A stretch of 64,000 bases of DNA, taken from NCBI GenBank assembly GCA_951406725.2, contig OX597825.1:39680001-39744000 (forward strand), written 5' to 3'. The notes under the pieces were generated by a model. That model searched no databases, was not told the DNA's origin, and was given only the letters and a program-made list of their open reading frames with translations. Each line of letters starts with the position of its first letter. The first letter of the stretch is position 1. Shown one piece after another: positions 49,897 through 64,000 of the stretch. Position numbers and translations under genes: made by a program. This DNA is from Octopus vulgaris (taxonomy: Eukaryota).

Positions 49897-52259
49897 GAGC
49901 CCATGCAACATACGTAACATCTACCAAGTGGTAAAATATTCTCTAGTATTAGCTCTGTGGCCCACAATTTGTTGTGCTGTCACAATTATGGGATAACTAG
50001 ATACTGCCTTGTGAATTAAAGTAATGTATTTCTTTTGTATATACCTCATGAACATACAACATACATTACCACATAAAACATGCGTAACCATATCATTTTT
50101 ATCAACAATGTACATGAATTAATTACGAATTTATTCAGGAATTTTCATGATTTCTTTATTACAATATTACTCTTTTGTTAACTTAGATGATAAACTGAAT
50201 ATTCTTTGAAATTGAAACATATTTTCGTAGTGTGATATGTCTTTTAATTGTAACCTAAATGTTTTCCACGGCTTTCCCTCACTTCTTATTTCAATTTTTG
50301 AGAAATTCAGTGAAACGTCGGCAGCTGACGATGACATAAAACAATTTTAAAACACTAACACTGTATTTCATTAATAATTTTCATGTTCTTTGTTACGTAT
50401 ACACTAGCATCAAGAGCAATGAGCTTCAACATTTTTACGTGCAGGCATATTGCATTTCCGTAGAAATAAGCTGGAAACCTAAACTAAATTATTAATATGC
50501 AGCTATATGTATATTGAATAATATTTCTTAGATATGTTAAAATAGTGGCGTTTGAATTTCTATGACGAGAAATGATCATTGTATTATCTGGATTGATTAG
50601 CATTTCTGCTCACTTAAATTCACAAGAACATTAGTTGAAATTAACGCATTTATCAAACCTACAAGGGACAATAGCCCTCATTCTAATGTCAATATTGTGT
50701 ATACATTTTATTTATTTTTGTGAGTTACTGTTATGTTTCAAACAAATCAGAGTAAACATAGAAAGATTGGCGCAGACATTTGGATTCAAATCATGACCAT
50801 TTATTGAACTAGGTTCAAAATAAGTTACATCTATAATCACTATTGTATCTATATGTTATTTAGTGCTTGGAACGAAAGGTGTGCAATTGCTTTTAGATTA
50901 CGGCTGTTAGTATATTTCCAGCATTATAAATGATGTGAAAAGTGAAAAACACTAAACGTTATCACATGTATAGTCATGGCGAATAAAACTTTCTCTTTTG
51001 GTGAGCAAAGAATGAGAGGCACCGCTTTGTCATGGATTTAATAAATGTTATTCTGCCAATCTCAAGATAGTTCACAAGATGCAAACGTATTTGAGGAAGG
51101 TGTAAAACCTAAAGCTCTTTAATTTAGCAACAAGGAATAAACCAATTACCTAAATATATCAAAATATAAATATGAGAAAAAAAGATTCCCGTTAACACTT
51201 ATTTACTCAATTTCCAACTAAATTGCTATTCATGTCGACTAACTACTATAAAACAGTCTGCTATTCCACATACACTGATTTTAAATATCTATAAACATAT
51301 GCATATTTAGGAAAGCTGAAGAATTAGAACATCTGTATATAAACCGCGTATCGTTATACAAATGAAATACATTTCTCCAGATTACATTTGTGGAAAGAAA
51401 GAAAATAAATAGGACTAGCATGTTATAGAGACTGTGCGTGTTGACCGATAAATGTATCAGAGAAATTATTCCAACAGTTGACATTATACATGTGAATTAT
51501 AATTTATTATAGAAACATTACAATGTATTTCTCAAAAGAATGTGCGCTGAACAGTTTTGCATATCCGCATATACATGTATATTTACGCATATACGATTAG
51601 AATATTATATAAATATCTAGATAGCTGAATGCTGTGTCCGACAATCTCTATGTGTGTTTTTTATTCACTACTGGCGTCATCATAAGTTTAAATATTAAAC
51701 TGGCGTTTGGTAGAATATATTTCTTCACATTAATGTTGCATGCGTCGTGTATTAGAGATATCATCTTAGTTCGCGTCACTGTTAATTAGTTTAGGATTAT
51801 CTAGACTGCATTACATTAGCAAAACGTTTCGAATATACTGGCTTGAATGGTAATTTGAATTTGGATTTACTTATCATAAAATGAGGAATTACGTTGGATG
51901 TTATGTTTTTTTACTAAATAAATTTATTGTTATCTGACTGTTGGATACAGTTAACCACGTTCATTTAATACTGAGTGATTACTAAATGTTTTTTTGTATT
52001 TATTAGAGCCATATTCAGGTGTCGTTGCACACTCGTGCGCGTGTATATTCATAAACCCAAACACACGCGCACATGTATGTATTTCTCATAAGAGATGAGG
52101 ATCTTTCTTACAAACGTTTCTGGGGATGTGCACCATCAGATTTTTATATATGTATATATATGTGGATGTTTGTGAGTGCATCTGAGCATTACGTTATATC
52201 CTTATAAGATATGTACAGGTATATATCCCAAAACACTTCCATGCGCAAAAGTGCATATT

Positions 52260-52650
52260 TCTTTATTTGTTTTCGTAATGTGAGAGTGGCCATGCTGGAG
52301 TACTATTTCAGTCGAACAAATAGACAACAGAACTTATTATTTGTAAGCCTAGTACTTATTCTCTCTATCTCTTTTGCTAAACCGCTAATTAAAGGGGACG
52401 TAAACACACCAACATCGTTTGTCAAGCAATGGATCGGAGACAGACACAGAGACACACACGCACACACACGCACACACACATATACGACAAATTTCTTTTA
52501 TTTTCCGTGTACCTAATCCATTCACAAGGTTTTAGTCGACCCGAAGCTATAGTAGAAGACACCTACCAAAGGTGTCACGCAGTGGGACTGAACCCGGAAC
52601 CATGTGATTGTGAAGGAAGCTTCTAATCACACAGATACTCCTGCGCCTAT
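52260..52650 (-). mobile_element. SINE family B, near full length with tRNA-like head
   Basis: Minus strand head ATAGGCGCAGGAGT...GGTTCCGGGTTCAGTCCCACTGCG; body matches 27895-28075. Confidence 0.8.
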
Positions 52651-53409
52651 ATGGGTATTTTTATTATTTAATATTTAATTCAGAAACTCAAGATATATGC
52701 ATCAGAGAACTACACTAAATTTCACACTTAGACTTTAGAGTGACCGGATAGGTTTAGTACATGGTATATAGCATATTATATACTAAGTTGCAGTCCTTCA
52801 GGTCAGCATGACTTGTCCCTGAACATAATGTGATATAAAATCAAAAAATTAACAAGAGAGAATAACAGGTGAGAAGAGGAATTGCACGTTAGGAAATGAG
52901 AAACGGTTTGTGCTTCTTTTACTTTTTAGTAAGAGACATCAACTGCTGAATATTTACAGATAAATATTATCAATGTTCTCCTTCTAAGGTATGAATTATG
53001 TGCCACATTTAACTCAGTTTTTCTCCAACTCTTAATTTTCTGGTTTTATTTTGCCGATTCTCAGAGAGCCACCTTGTTATTTTCAGTCAGATCGATTGCA
53101 AGACAACATGCGTGTCCGATCGTTTCCTGCACTAACGGAGCAACGTATGGCCGTTCGTTTATAAATTCTATATTTATTACATAGCACTTGTATCTTGCTA
53201 GATGTTCTACAATTTCCTTGATAGCATCAACAACACCTTACATTTACCTCATCCACACACATAAATATACATACGCATAAATACATATGCATATGTACAT
53301 ATATATACATGAATACATGTGGATATATATACTTGAATACTTGTGCATATATATATATATACATATATACATACTTATACACACACAGACACAGACACAC
53401 ACAGACACA

Positions 53410-53447
<38 letters not shown>

Positions 53448-54214
53448 CATATATATATATATATAATCTTGTGTCTGAGGAGAGTAATTCTCTTTTAGTG
53501 CTTTATAATTTAACACTCTCACCGGTAAAATTTCCACTCATTTATTTTTCTAAAATTTTCGTTGTCTTGCAAACATGTTGAATAGTTCTTCTGCGCTCTC
53601 TTTGTTTGGTGTGCGCATATCTGTGGGTCAGTATGTGAGTGCATACACACGTATGTTTGTATGCATGTATGCCTTATGCATGTAAGTGTGTGTATGCATG
53701 TATGTTTGTGTGTGCGCGTATGTATATATGTATGTATGTGTGTACGTTTCTATGTATGTATTCTGCATATTCATGTGTTTGTATGGTTGTGTCTGTGTTT
53801 AATTGTTTTTATGTGTATGTGTAACTCTGTCTCCTCGTGTGTGAATGTCTGAGTGTGTCTCTGTGTGTATGGGCTTTTGAGACTATATATGTTTCTGTGT
53901 ATATGGATGTGTATCTCTATACATGAAGACGTGTGTCTCCATATATGCCCTTGTGTGAAGTAAAGCGTATGTGTTTGTATGGTAATGTGTTTCAGTCTTC
54001 ATTTGTATATATGTGTGCATGTGTGTTTTTCTGTTCATATAACCTATGCACGTATCCGTCTGTATGTCGATCTCTGTACTTTCATATTCATATGCCTACA
54101 TACATGCGCATGTACATATGCACATACACACACACACACAATTATCTATATAGCAGTCCACTAACTATTCTACCTCTATATAAATATAAACTGTTGGTAT
54201 GGGGGTATGATTAA

Positions 54215-55400
54215 CTTCTACTTATATTTCCTATTTAGTACTGGGGATGTTTCATTTATGAGGACTTACTCCTGTATTTTTCTGAGTGCTGGGTCCTTTC
54301 GTTATTTGGATAAAATGCAGATGTCAAGGTGATCCAGGTTGCCCCCATGCTAGTCCTTGGCATGTTGGTAGACTATAGAGAACAGTTTTTTGTCGTGATA
54401 TTGTCTCAAATGAGCATTTAGTCTTTCCGCAATGCACCTAGATGTCTCCCGCATGGATGTCATGTACATGACTTTACAAGAAGCTGCTATGTATCTTATG
54501 CTGTAGATTACACTTCTATTTGTACAGTTAATGCCACGGCTAATCCTACATCCGATGCAGTTATTATCGTTGCATATGTTATTCTCAAAGGAGTACGTCC
54601 TACATGGCTGTGATCTGATGGACTTCCCAGAATTTTCAACAATATTAACGTAGAGTTTGCTTTCCTTTAGAGCTTTCCTAAATCAACGGGCTAGTTCTCC
54701 ATGGCCTGTGGCTTCTAAAAACACCACTCCTTGATATTTATACCACGCGTTCACCCCGTTTGATTTCTTAAATCTCTTTGTATCATATCCCACTCTTTGC
54801 TTTTATATCTAGGGTAGGAAACACTACTTACATTACATATAATGCTAAATAAATTCTTTCTAGCACCCCTGTATATTCGAACCCTATCTTTCTAATCATA
54901 TCCATAGAATTGCATGTTTCTTCCTTTCATAGGTTTTGCATAGTGGGTACACGTTGTTCATTATCTTAAGTCTGCTATCAATGTGTTGATTTTCATGTTG
55001 TGTGACAGAGCCGAGTTCTTGTGAACAAAATATTTCGAAGTTATGTGTCACATGTAACAGGAGTGGATGGGCTACACTCTGTTGTTTACAGTCTCTAACC
55101 AAACTTTCAGTATCAAGGACAGGGAGTCTATTGATGGGTTGCCAAGTGGGGTACTCTATAATTACCTTGATAATTTGATGGATGGAGTTAACTACTTGCT
55201 GGATGCCCTCAGTTATGTTGCTCTGTTTCTACATTACCATTATTACAGTTGGTCTTAACTATGAAATTAAAGTCATCTACCGTAAAGTAAGTGGAGATGT
55301 GGCCGATTTCTTCATGACCTGGAGGGACAGAAAACATAAGCAATCGTTGGCAGAACAGTCCAGAACTCAGTAGGTATGTAGATGATATTAATATCATAGT
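54215..55400. mobile_element. Decayed Penelope-like fragments in opposite orientations (EN/thumb on - at 54215-55060; RT piece on + at 55090-55400)
   Basis: Minus: VIYSI...RETSRCIAERLNAH...LRKIQE.VLINETSPVLNRK. Plus: DGLPSG, YRK, YVDDI. Confidence 0.6.
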
Positions 55401-56163
55401 TAGTTAAGACCAACATAGTTAAGCGGGCTTCTAACCTAGATCGAAGGCTCCGTCATTGGAATTTCAACATCAGCAACAGGGTATTTTTTGTATGTATGTA
55501 CATATGTATGTGCATATTTGTATTTTTTGTTTCATGTACGTATTCTCATGCATATAGTTGCATATCTAGACATTCTCATTAATATTTATATTATAAACTT
55601 CCCGAAAGTTTTTACAGATTTTTACAGTTACAGCGAGGGTTTTGATCTGTGGTTTTCGAATTAGCTTTCTCCGTTCTAATTTTGAGAAGCCTAATTTCTC
55701 AAGATTGGTATTTAGATAGTGTGGATCTATGTATTTATGTAGTGCGTGTGTGCATGTATGCATGTATGTATGTATGTATGTATGTATGTATGTATGTATG
55801 TATGTATGTATGTATGTATGTATGTGTGTGTGTGTGTATGCATTTAACACAGACACAGCCATACAAACACATTAATATGCAGAATACATACATAGAAACG
55901 TACACACATATACATATATACATACGCGCACACACAAGCATACATGCATGTATGAATGTATGCACGCATGTATGTATGTATGTATGTGTATGCATGTATG
56001 TATGTATATAATTTTTTGGACTAATGGGTATTGTGTTCATTAGTGTGTTGATTGCTGTACGTTCGCAGTTTAGGCCACCTGTGTCATCCATGGTTTGGGT
56101 ATATTTCCGCTGGATCTATGTCAGGAACTCCGTAGTGTTAGTTAAGATAATAAATTAAGGAAA

Positions 56164-56554
56164 CGGAAGATAGATTTAGCTCTAGTCTTTATTCAGTACA
56201 ACAATCGTTGCGACTCATTCTGTCACTGCCTGTCATGGGTAAGATTTTGTGCTTCTAACAGTGTTGCATCAGAATCAGTAGTATCACATCAAATACATGC
56301 ATAAGAAGATGATGTTCCGCTAGACATACTGAGATGTCCTAGGCATGATGCTCATGCCCGCTTTATTTTTGTTATGACCAATTACAGTTGCCCGTGAGTA
56401 TATAATATAAAGTTAAAATCCTACAATATGAAAATATAGAGGGTACAACTTATCAAAGAAAGATAACATGTAATCCTACCCATTAGGGGCCGTTGTAGGA
56501 TGGGTCGAATCGATCGTCGTACTGAATAAAGATTTGTGCTGAACCTATCTTCCG
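56164..56554. repeat. Old inverted repeat (about 88-bp arms, 56164-56251 and 56467-56554)
   Basis: CGGAAGATAG..T.AGC...TCTTTATTCAGTAC versus GTACTGAATAAAGA...GCT.AA.CTATCTTCCG. Confidence 0.7.
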
Positions 56555-59500
56555 CTAGATTCACCAATTGAAATTATATATAAATGTATATGTATATGTG
56601 TGTGTGCGGGCGTGTGTGTATAGATTTGTAAATAAATAAGTTAATCAATATATACATATATACATATGTATAAAATGAAATAAAAATGAGACAAGAACGC
56701 AAAACATCTGGACAACTAGGTGATACAAAAGAGAGAGAAAAAGAGGAAATTCAGACGGATTTTTCACAATAAACTATTCTGGCGAGCTAAATAATTTAGC
56801 TTTGTGTAATGACTTTCTTTTTGAAACGAATGTATGTTATGAATGAAACGTGTGCAGTTCTACTTTCCAAATTTATAATTCTTATTATTACTAGTTATCC
56901 AAAACTACTCACTAGTATTTTGTCTGCCTTTACCTTCTCAGTTCAATTTTCTCTGACAGCGAAATTAACTTTCCTACTTTGGACGTCGATAAAATAATAA
57001 TTACAAATTGGGAGCTATGATCACTGCAAAGAACTAGGCCCCACCCCAAATCGCCATTTCTTGTGTTTATAGCGGAGAGAATTATTAATATTAAACTAGT
57101 GAAAGTCAGTTAGCAACTCCAGATGAAATGCTTAGCAAAATTTCAGGCATGTACATAATAGTAAAATTACTGAGCCGGTCGAGAATGATTTCGATATTTC
57201 TTCGCTAAACATATGTCTGTATAGTTCGACTTCTCAGTTTTGCACATTCACTTCTCCTGAAATTGTAGAAGTTCAAAAAGAGATGTAGAACAGCTATTTT
57301 ATTCTTGCAAATGCTATTTTAGAGTCACCCGGAAAATTATTTCCCGGTGAATTATAAACAATTTTTTTTCAATAGTGTTGCTGATTTAAAGAAGCCACTG
57401 TTTTCTGAATATCTACGTATATCCTATTCGCATTAGAAATATAATATTTGATTGCAAAATGCGTATCTTCATTTGCCCATTCATTTAAGGATGAAATTGA
57501 TACTTCACATGAGTAGAAAATATTTATAAACCTTTGATTATTAAACAAAAATACTCTACAGCGTTTTCCCCTTTATATATATATATTAAACGGAAACTTC
57601 TTTTGGATTTTCGCTAAGTCATTACACCTTCTTCAAGTATTTTCAAGAGAAACTCGTATGGAATTCAACAATGTCAAAATAGAATTGACTTAAGAGATAA
57701 GGATGAAATTATATCCGTTCAAGTGACTTCCTTTCAACGAACAACGTCGTCTCAGCCTTAGGTTACTTATACTGAGGAAAAATTATAAAGATTTCGCGAT
57801 ACAAAATAATGAAGGCTTCTACAAAGGTTGTGAAAATGTAGACAAAGGTGAACACACAGAAAGTGATAGAATAAAACACTTTCTTCCGAAAGATCTAAAC
57901 TTTTTCAAACGCACTAAATTAGGTTTCAAGACATTTTCCATACATCAAAGAATTGACGATTTTAAAAAGAACGGGATTCAAATACACTACCTGAGAATGG
58001 TAAATTTTCTAAATTCATGGCATTCATGTGGTTGACTGAATGAATTTCATGGAACTCCTACAGAAAGTCTTTCTTCAATTTGTTTTGTGGAACTTGTAAG
58101 GTGTATTTACTACCCCTTCCCCGTCCCACTCACTTGTTTAATAATTGTAAACGTCAGCAACACGATTTTAGCTTCACCCTGCGCAGGCATGACGGACACT
58201 AAAGAAGAAATTGCAATGCATTAAGGACATATACACATACAATTCCTGGTTGTGTTTCCCATCGATTACCTTCACATTTACTCGCCGTGGTTAAGGTTCT
58301 TTGTCCTAAATTCAGAAGATCTGAATATGAAAAATAATTTCAACAAATACATAAACCAAGTAGGAAATGCGTCTGGAATTATACCTCATTAATCTAATAG
58401 ATTATACCTCATTAATCTAATATTATTCATGATTTGAAGAATCTCATTTCGTTAGTTTATACTAGGAATATCATAGTGAAATGCATTGTAAAACCAGAAA
58501 AAATGTCAACAATACCTCTTCAGCACAAAAATGTTGAAGTCGATATCCTCAATACAGTAACATTAAAAGTATTTCTAGAAGATGAAAAGGTTCTGCATAA
58601 TCATGAACAAAAATAGGTTAACCTTTCAGAATTCCTTACAGAGTCCTTAAATTCACTCGCTGTTTCAGGTTTTCCATCACACACATTATCATTGAAGACT
58701 AATGCTATTATTATCGCCCTACAAATGTGAAATGTGTGATTATACATATTCATTGATTCAAAGCATCCAAGAAAAATTAATTCAGAAAAAAACTGACGTC
58801 TCTCGTTACATAGTTTAATTTTAATCTTCTGCAGTTAATTTGAGTGAATTTTACAAAATAAAAACGTGTTATACTAGACAGAGAAATGTGTCTAATCCTC
58901 TACAATGTAATGTGGACTGATGTAATAGGCTGAGTAGTGACATTTGTTATTCAAGTGTGATATTTATAATTATCATGTCTTTTATATTTATCACGAACTG
59001 TTTATTCACGTATTCGTTGTTGATATACATATATGAAGAAGTATATATTCACATATTCGTCGTTTATATACATATATAGATAAGACTGGGTACGTGAAAT
59101 TTTATTCATCTAACACTCTAGCTTTCATATTTGGATAATTGTTCAGCTTCCACCTTGCTCAGTTAAAAATTTATCTCTGTTTTGAAAGAATGTATGTATA
59201 AAAGAGTGATGTTATATGCATGCCTTAAAAATCGAGTTTTAGCGACTTTTGGAAAAGTAAATCTTTGAATGCCAGTCACCAAATGCGATATATCGTCACG
59301 CAACGTTATATATTTGTGTGTCCCATGGAAGTTACCCATTTCTTTGTGAAAGCAGATACAAATACACTTTCCAAGACATACCTACAAAGACATACCTACA
59401 AAGTAGAGTAGCTTACAATGAAGTTTAATAGACTAAAGTCAGTATATATGCGTATGACGACCGTTTATCTTTTGGGAGGTATTTACTTTTCTGTGGCTTT

Positions 59501-60794
59501 TTTCTGACTAAAATTCAATCGAACTTGCACTCCAGAAAAGGGAAAAGCACTATCATAATTTATTAGCCACTAAGTATGTTCAAATAACCGATATATTCAC
59601 CTTAATTCTATAAATGGTATGCTGGCCTTTATTTATATTAAGTATCAAATACAGAATTACTTTCTCACTTATTGATCACAACACTGGCAGACCAACGGCT
59701 GCTAAGCTGCACGGCGTTGAAAATTTTGAAAATATTTGACGGTGATGTCATTGATATTTCGTCTTATGCTGAAAACAGATGCTTGCACATCTAAAAGCGC
59801 ATAAATCAATAAAGATAGCTTTTGAATAGATTTCAAAAATATCGTGTTATATCTTCGCTTCGTGCATTAAACGAGAAACAACGTTTTCATTGTAAAATGA
59901 TATTTATCATTCCTCAGGAACTATGCTATCTTTTTGCAAACTTCATACAATATCAAAATAAGTATTATTCTTCGAAGTAAATAAACAATATTTGATGCGA
60001 TTAGAGTGTGTATTGTTATTCAACAGAAGCGGATTTGTATGAAGATACTCTATGATGTGCTACAGAAATATTTTTGATCTCTGAAGAATAGACATTTAGT
60101 AAAATGCTCGATTAGTTCTCTGCAATAATGTAGCTAGCTGACTAGAAAGCTTGGTTGTACTTTAAATATTATTTATTTTACTCTATTATTGCTTCGAAAG
60201 AAAATGGAATTCCATACCTGAGAAAATAAATAGAATCGGCTGGTTTTTTAGTCTTTTTAAAGACATATGTTTCGAAACATCTATGAATTTTAAAGGCACG
60301 TTAATAATTAAATATTTTTCTATTAACCTGGGTACAAATTATGTAATTAACAATATGATTGCAACGAATTCATCAAAAAAGCGGCATTTCTACTTCTACA
60401 TTGTCATAAGTGGAATGTGGTTAGTCTGTCTACTCACCGTCGAATGTATCTGAAATTAATCCGTAAACAAAATACAGGCTTGTGTATGATATACAAACAG
60501 ACTTGTATGTTAATATGTACCGTGAATATACGAGCAAACTTCCTACACCTAAGGTCAAAAAATATATACAAATATTAATCATTAATTCTTCGCCCATTTG
60601 AGTGCTACAGAAAATATACTTACCCGATTTCTTGCACGCATTAACAAACATACACGTTAGTAAAACTTAAAATATTCTCAAACACATATATTCTTAGAAA
60701 TAAGAATGATTTTAACGGCGATAATACACTAATATTTTTTATACTAATTTTTTAAATCAAACTAAATGAAAACCAATCTTACAGTACTTGGAGA

Positions 60795-61735
60795 AAACAT
60801 ATTGGCGATATGAGGGCGGGCCTTGTCGGGCAGCAGAAGAACTCCATGTTGTCGGTTAGGTATTTTCTCTTGAATAGCCGTGTTGAGACGTTCCCTTTGT
60901 TGAACATAGAGTTCCACGTTGACCGTTTGGTTCATTTCAAGCAATTCGTAACGGATAATCCCTTCCCAGCTCCACCATACGCACAACATCGTGTTACGCG
61001 GATGAAGACCTTCTTCCACGCATGGTGTCGCTTGTTTACCGGGGATAAGCCATTCCTTACGCTGCTTCATATTGATATACATGCACCATTTTCCGTCGCC
61101 AGTAACGATTTGGTAAAGAAATCGTTGCTTGTGTCCATGAGTAGAGTGCCTACGAGCAAGCAAACGAGCGGAGATTGTGGCTCGTTGATTTTTATTGTTG
61201 TCACTTAAAGCATGCGGAACCCATGCGCCATACTTCTGAATTTTTCTCATCGTGTGAAGATGCTTCTTTATAGCAGTGTGGGAGCATTCCATTTTCTCTA
61301 CCAGTTCTCTTGTTTGAAAAGATTTTTCGTGCAAAAGTTGGTTTGATAGCTCTTCATCGAACTCAACTGGACGGCCAGAACGAGGTGCGTCTTTGAGATC
61401 AAAATTCCCATTTTTGAACTTGGCATACCAATCACGAGTGGTTCTTTAAGCTATGGCACCCTCGCCATACACAGCACAAATGTCGGGAGCAGCATTGGCG
61501 GTCTTAGAACAATGATTACAAGCAAAATGAAGGAGGTGTCGAAAATACTCATTTGTCTTAACTTGACATTCCATTTTAATGATATGAAAATAAACAAAAA
61601 TTAACTAGAAGACAAATAGGTTCCAAAATGATTCAGAAACAGAATTCTCGAAAAAAATAGATTCCCAAATTTAAAAACGCAATCAATTCCAAATTTTAAA
61701 AAAACATACGGCGGCTGAATTATTTGCCAGCCAAA
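60795..61735 (-). mobile_element. Mariner of a second family, 3' truncated, transposase disrupted
   Basis: Start ATGGAATGTCAAG at 61574. Motifs GAWVPHALS, IVTGDGKW, MLCVWW, LLPDKARPH. Decayed TIR-like end near 61710-61737. Confidence 0.88.
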
Positions 61736-61799
61736 TATTTACAGAGCAGCACAGATGCACTACTTATGACAGTAAATAAAGAACATGTGATCATCCGAG

Positions 61800-64000
61800 T
61801 GATAAGACAAAAGTAGAAGAAGGAAATGCAAACAGAGCACGTCAGACAGATTGAAGAAAAAAATGGCCAATTTCGGAGAGTCAGTGAAGATTTATGTGGA
61901 ACAAAATCCTGGGCTTCATATATAAAGGGGCAATTAAAAAATAAAGAAACTTTGCGCCTTATTGTAGCAGCCCAAGATCAAGCAAAAAACAAAACTATTT
62001 GAGAAAAATATCTGAGAAAGTGTGTTAGAAAAATGTACAGACTGTAGAACTTGGAACGAGACAGTGGCACAAATTGTGGAAGAATGCTCCAACTTGGCAC
62101 AGGAAGAAAATAAGAAATGGATGCATGACAAGTTTGTAAATGTTATATACTGGAAACTCTGACAGAAATACAGAAACAAATAGTACAATCATCGAGTTGA
62201 AAGTGGACTGGAGTCGGAGAAATGAAAGAACTTATTGGACTTTAATATTCAAAGAAATTAGAAAATAAGAGACCAGACATAACAATTATACATAAGGAAA
62301 ATCGAAAATGCTTACTAATTGAACCATCATACCCGTTTGATTCCAAGATCGTAAAGTAAGAGGACGATAAAGAAAAAGGATATAATCCCTAAAAGTTTTG
62401 CATTGGAAGAATTTGGAGCACGGAAACCATAAAGAGCGTGACTATAATAATTGATGCGTTAGAAATGATTGAATGAGATTAGAATAGTATGCCTGATACA
62501 GTTAGAAAACTATTATAAAATAACCACCATAGGTCTACAGAAAAACCTACTTTAGAAGCAAGGAACATTAATAAAAGATATAGCCACAAAACATGAACAA
62601 AACAACAAAAAAGTTTTTATGGACGCTGACATATGTAAAAAAAAGTTATAGTACTTAACAACTATAAAGAATAAAAAGAAACAAAATCCAAACTAAAACT
62701 TGAACAGTAATAGATAATGATAAAACGACGGCAAGAAAAGTACCTTCATTAAAGTAAACAGAGAAAAATAGACAAAACATAATCCCAACAACGGCTGAGA
62801 ATTTCATGCCGCAAAGCAGAGACTGAAAGATGTTTTAATTGTCGCACCAGAAATTACCAAAAACACTCAATAAAAAGAAATAAAGTAACAGCAGAATTTG
62901 TGGAGATAGAGAAGGAACAATAAATCATATTGTTTCTGGCTGCCCCGTCCTGTCTATAAAGGAAAGAAGTATATTGACATACACGAACAAGTTGGGACCT
63001 ATATAAACTGGATGCTATGCCAACACTCTGAAATAATTACTGAAAGAATGGAGGTATAAGCCCATGCCAAAAAAGGGCGCTGAAAATGAGAAAGCAAACA
63101 TAAATTGGGATATTTATGACACAATGATGAAATTGACCTCGAGAAATGTGGAAAGCTACTTTTATCAAAGAAAATCTGACAGAAACATACAATGTTAATC
63201 TTCACGTGCAGAATATCATAAGGTAGTTCGAAACAGCGGATAGCTACAAATACCTAGGGTTACTTGAAGGTGATGTAATTACATATTCAATGATGAGGGA
63301 AAGGATCAGAAGAGAATGTTATAGCTGGGTAAGGACTATACACAAGACAGAGCTGAATGCCAGAAATTGGATCGAAGCGATCAATACTTTAGCCATATCG
63401 GTCGTAAATTACAGATTCAATATCATTAACTGGTCAATTACTGAAATATGAAATCTTGACAGAAAACACGAAAATTTTGGATGATGCATGGAATGCACCA
63501 CACTGAAGCAGCTATAGAACGAGTTTGCCTGCCAAGAAAAGAGGGTAACCGTGGAATTTTACAACAGGAATTAACAATGATGATTGCCACAATTGGCATA
63601 AATACCTTCCTGAAAAACTGTGATGACTGGATGAAGAACCTTTTTCAAAGCATGGAAACAAGAAAGTATCATGCTCTGTAACAAAACAGGCAAAGGAATA
63701 TCTAACTGAATACTAAATACACTGAACCCAGAAATAGACGTAGTGGAAACAAGCACAGAATGCTAAGCATATATAAACCCGTGCTTAAACTGCTGCCTTA
63801 GATATTCTGACAGATAAATGAAACATAAACAATGAGAGCTAATATTGCCGATGCTGACAAAACACTCACCCATCAATGGTTAGTGTGTTCTTCATAGCAG
63901 CACAAGATCAATGCGTACATAGAAGGAGCTACCAGGCCATCATATTAAAGAACAGCAGCAGCCCAACATGCCATGTATGTAAACAAAACAGTGCCACCTT
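61800..64000 (+). mobile_element. Cluster of three decayed R4/Dong-like RLE LINE fragments (about 61800-62480, 62490-63125, 63140-64000)
   Basis: Repeated AAQDQ, C..ET..HI..GC, WD and RPDI motifs plus YKYLG and LPRKEG.RG. The middle fragment aligns with 16140-16890. Confidence 0.8.

Noticed and set aside
49900-60700. Host exons in the long AT-rich stretches
   Set aside because: Only short low-complexity ORFs with no recognisable domain. Small exons cannot be excluded without RNA data.

Overview
This is AT-rich eukaryotic non-coding DNA with no convincing host exon. The SINE, LINE and microsatellite landscape resembles a cephalopod (Octopus-like) genome, which is inference from recognised repeats. 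The window holds decayed transposons: an L1/Tx1 LINE, several R4/Dong-like RLE LINEs, three mariner copies, a rosa/Tc1-like transposase, many tRNA/Nin-type SINEs and at least six Penelope-like element (PLE) remnants. The most striking structures are two young non-coding tandem arrays with 483-bp and 445-bp monomers (22935-24976 and 32212-35219). Every full monomer carries a type I hammerhead ribozyme (HHR) motif and strong internal complementarity. Each array has two arms diverging from a central junction, with both 3' ends running into (TA)n tracts at permuted points of the monomer. The same pattern (HHR-like core, inverted 5' piece, (TA)n flank) recurs in many older, unrelated elements, including one with a tRNA-like SINE head. 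My inference is a PLE-driven, (TA)n-associated system of retrozyme or viroid-like RNA parasites.
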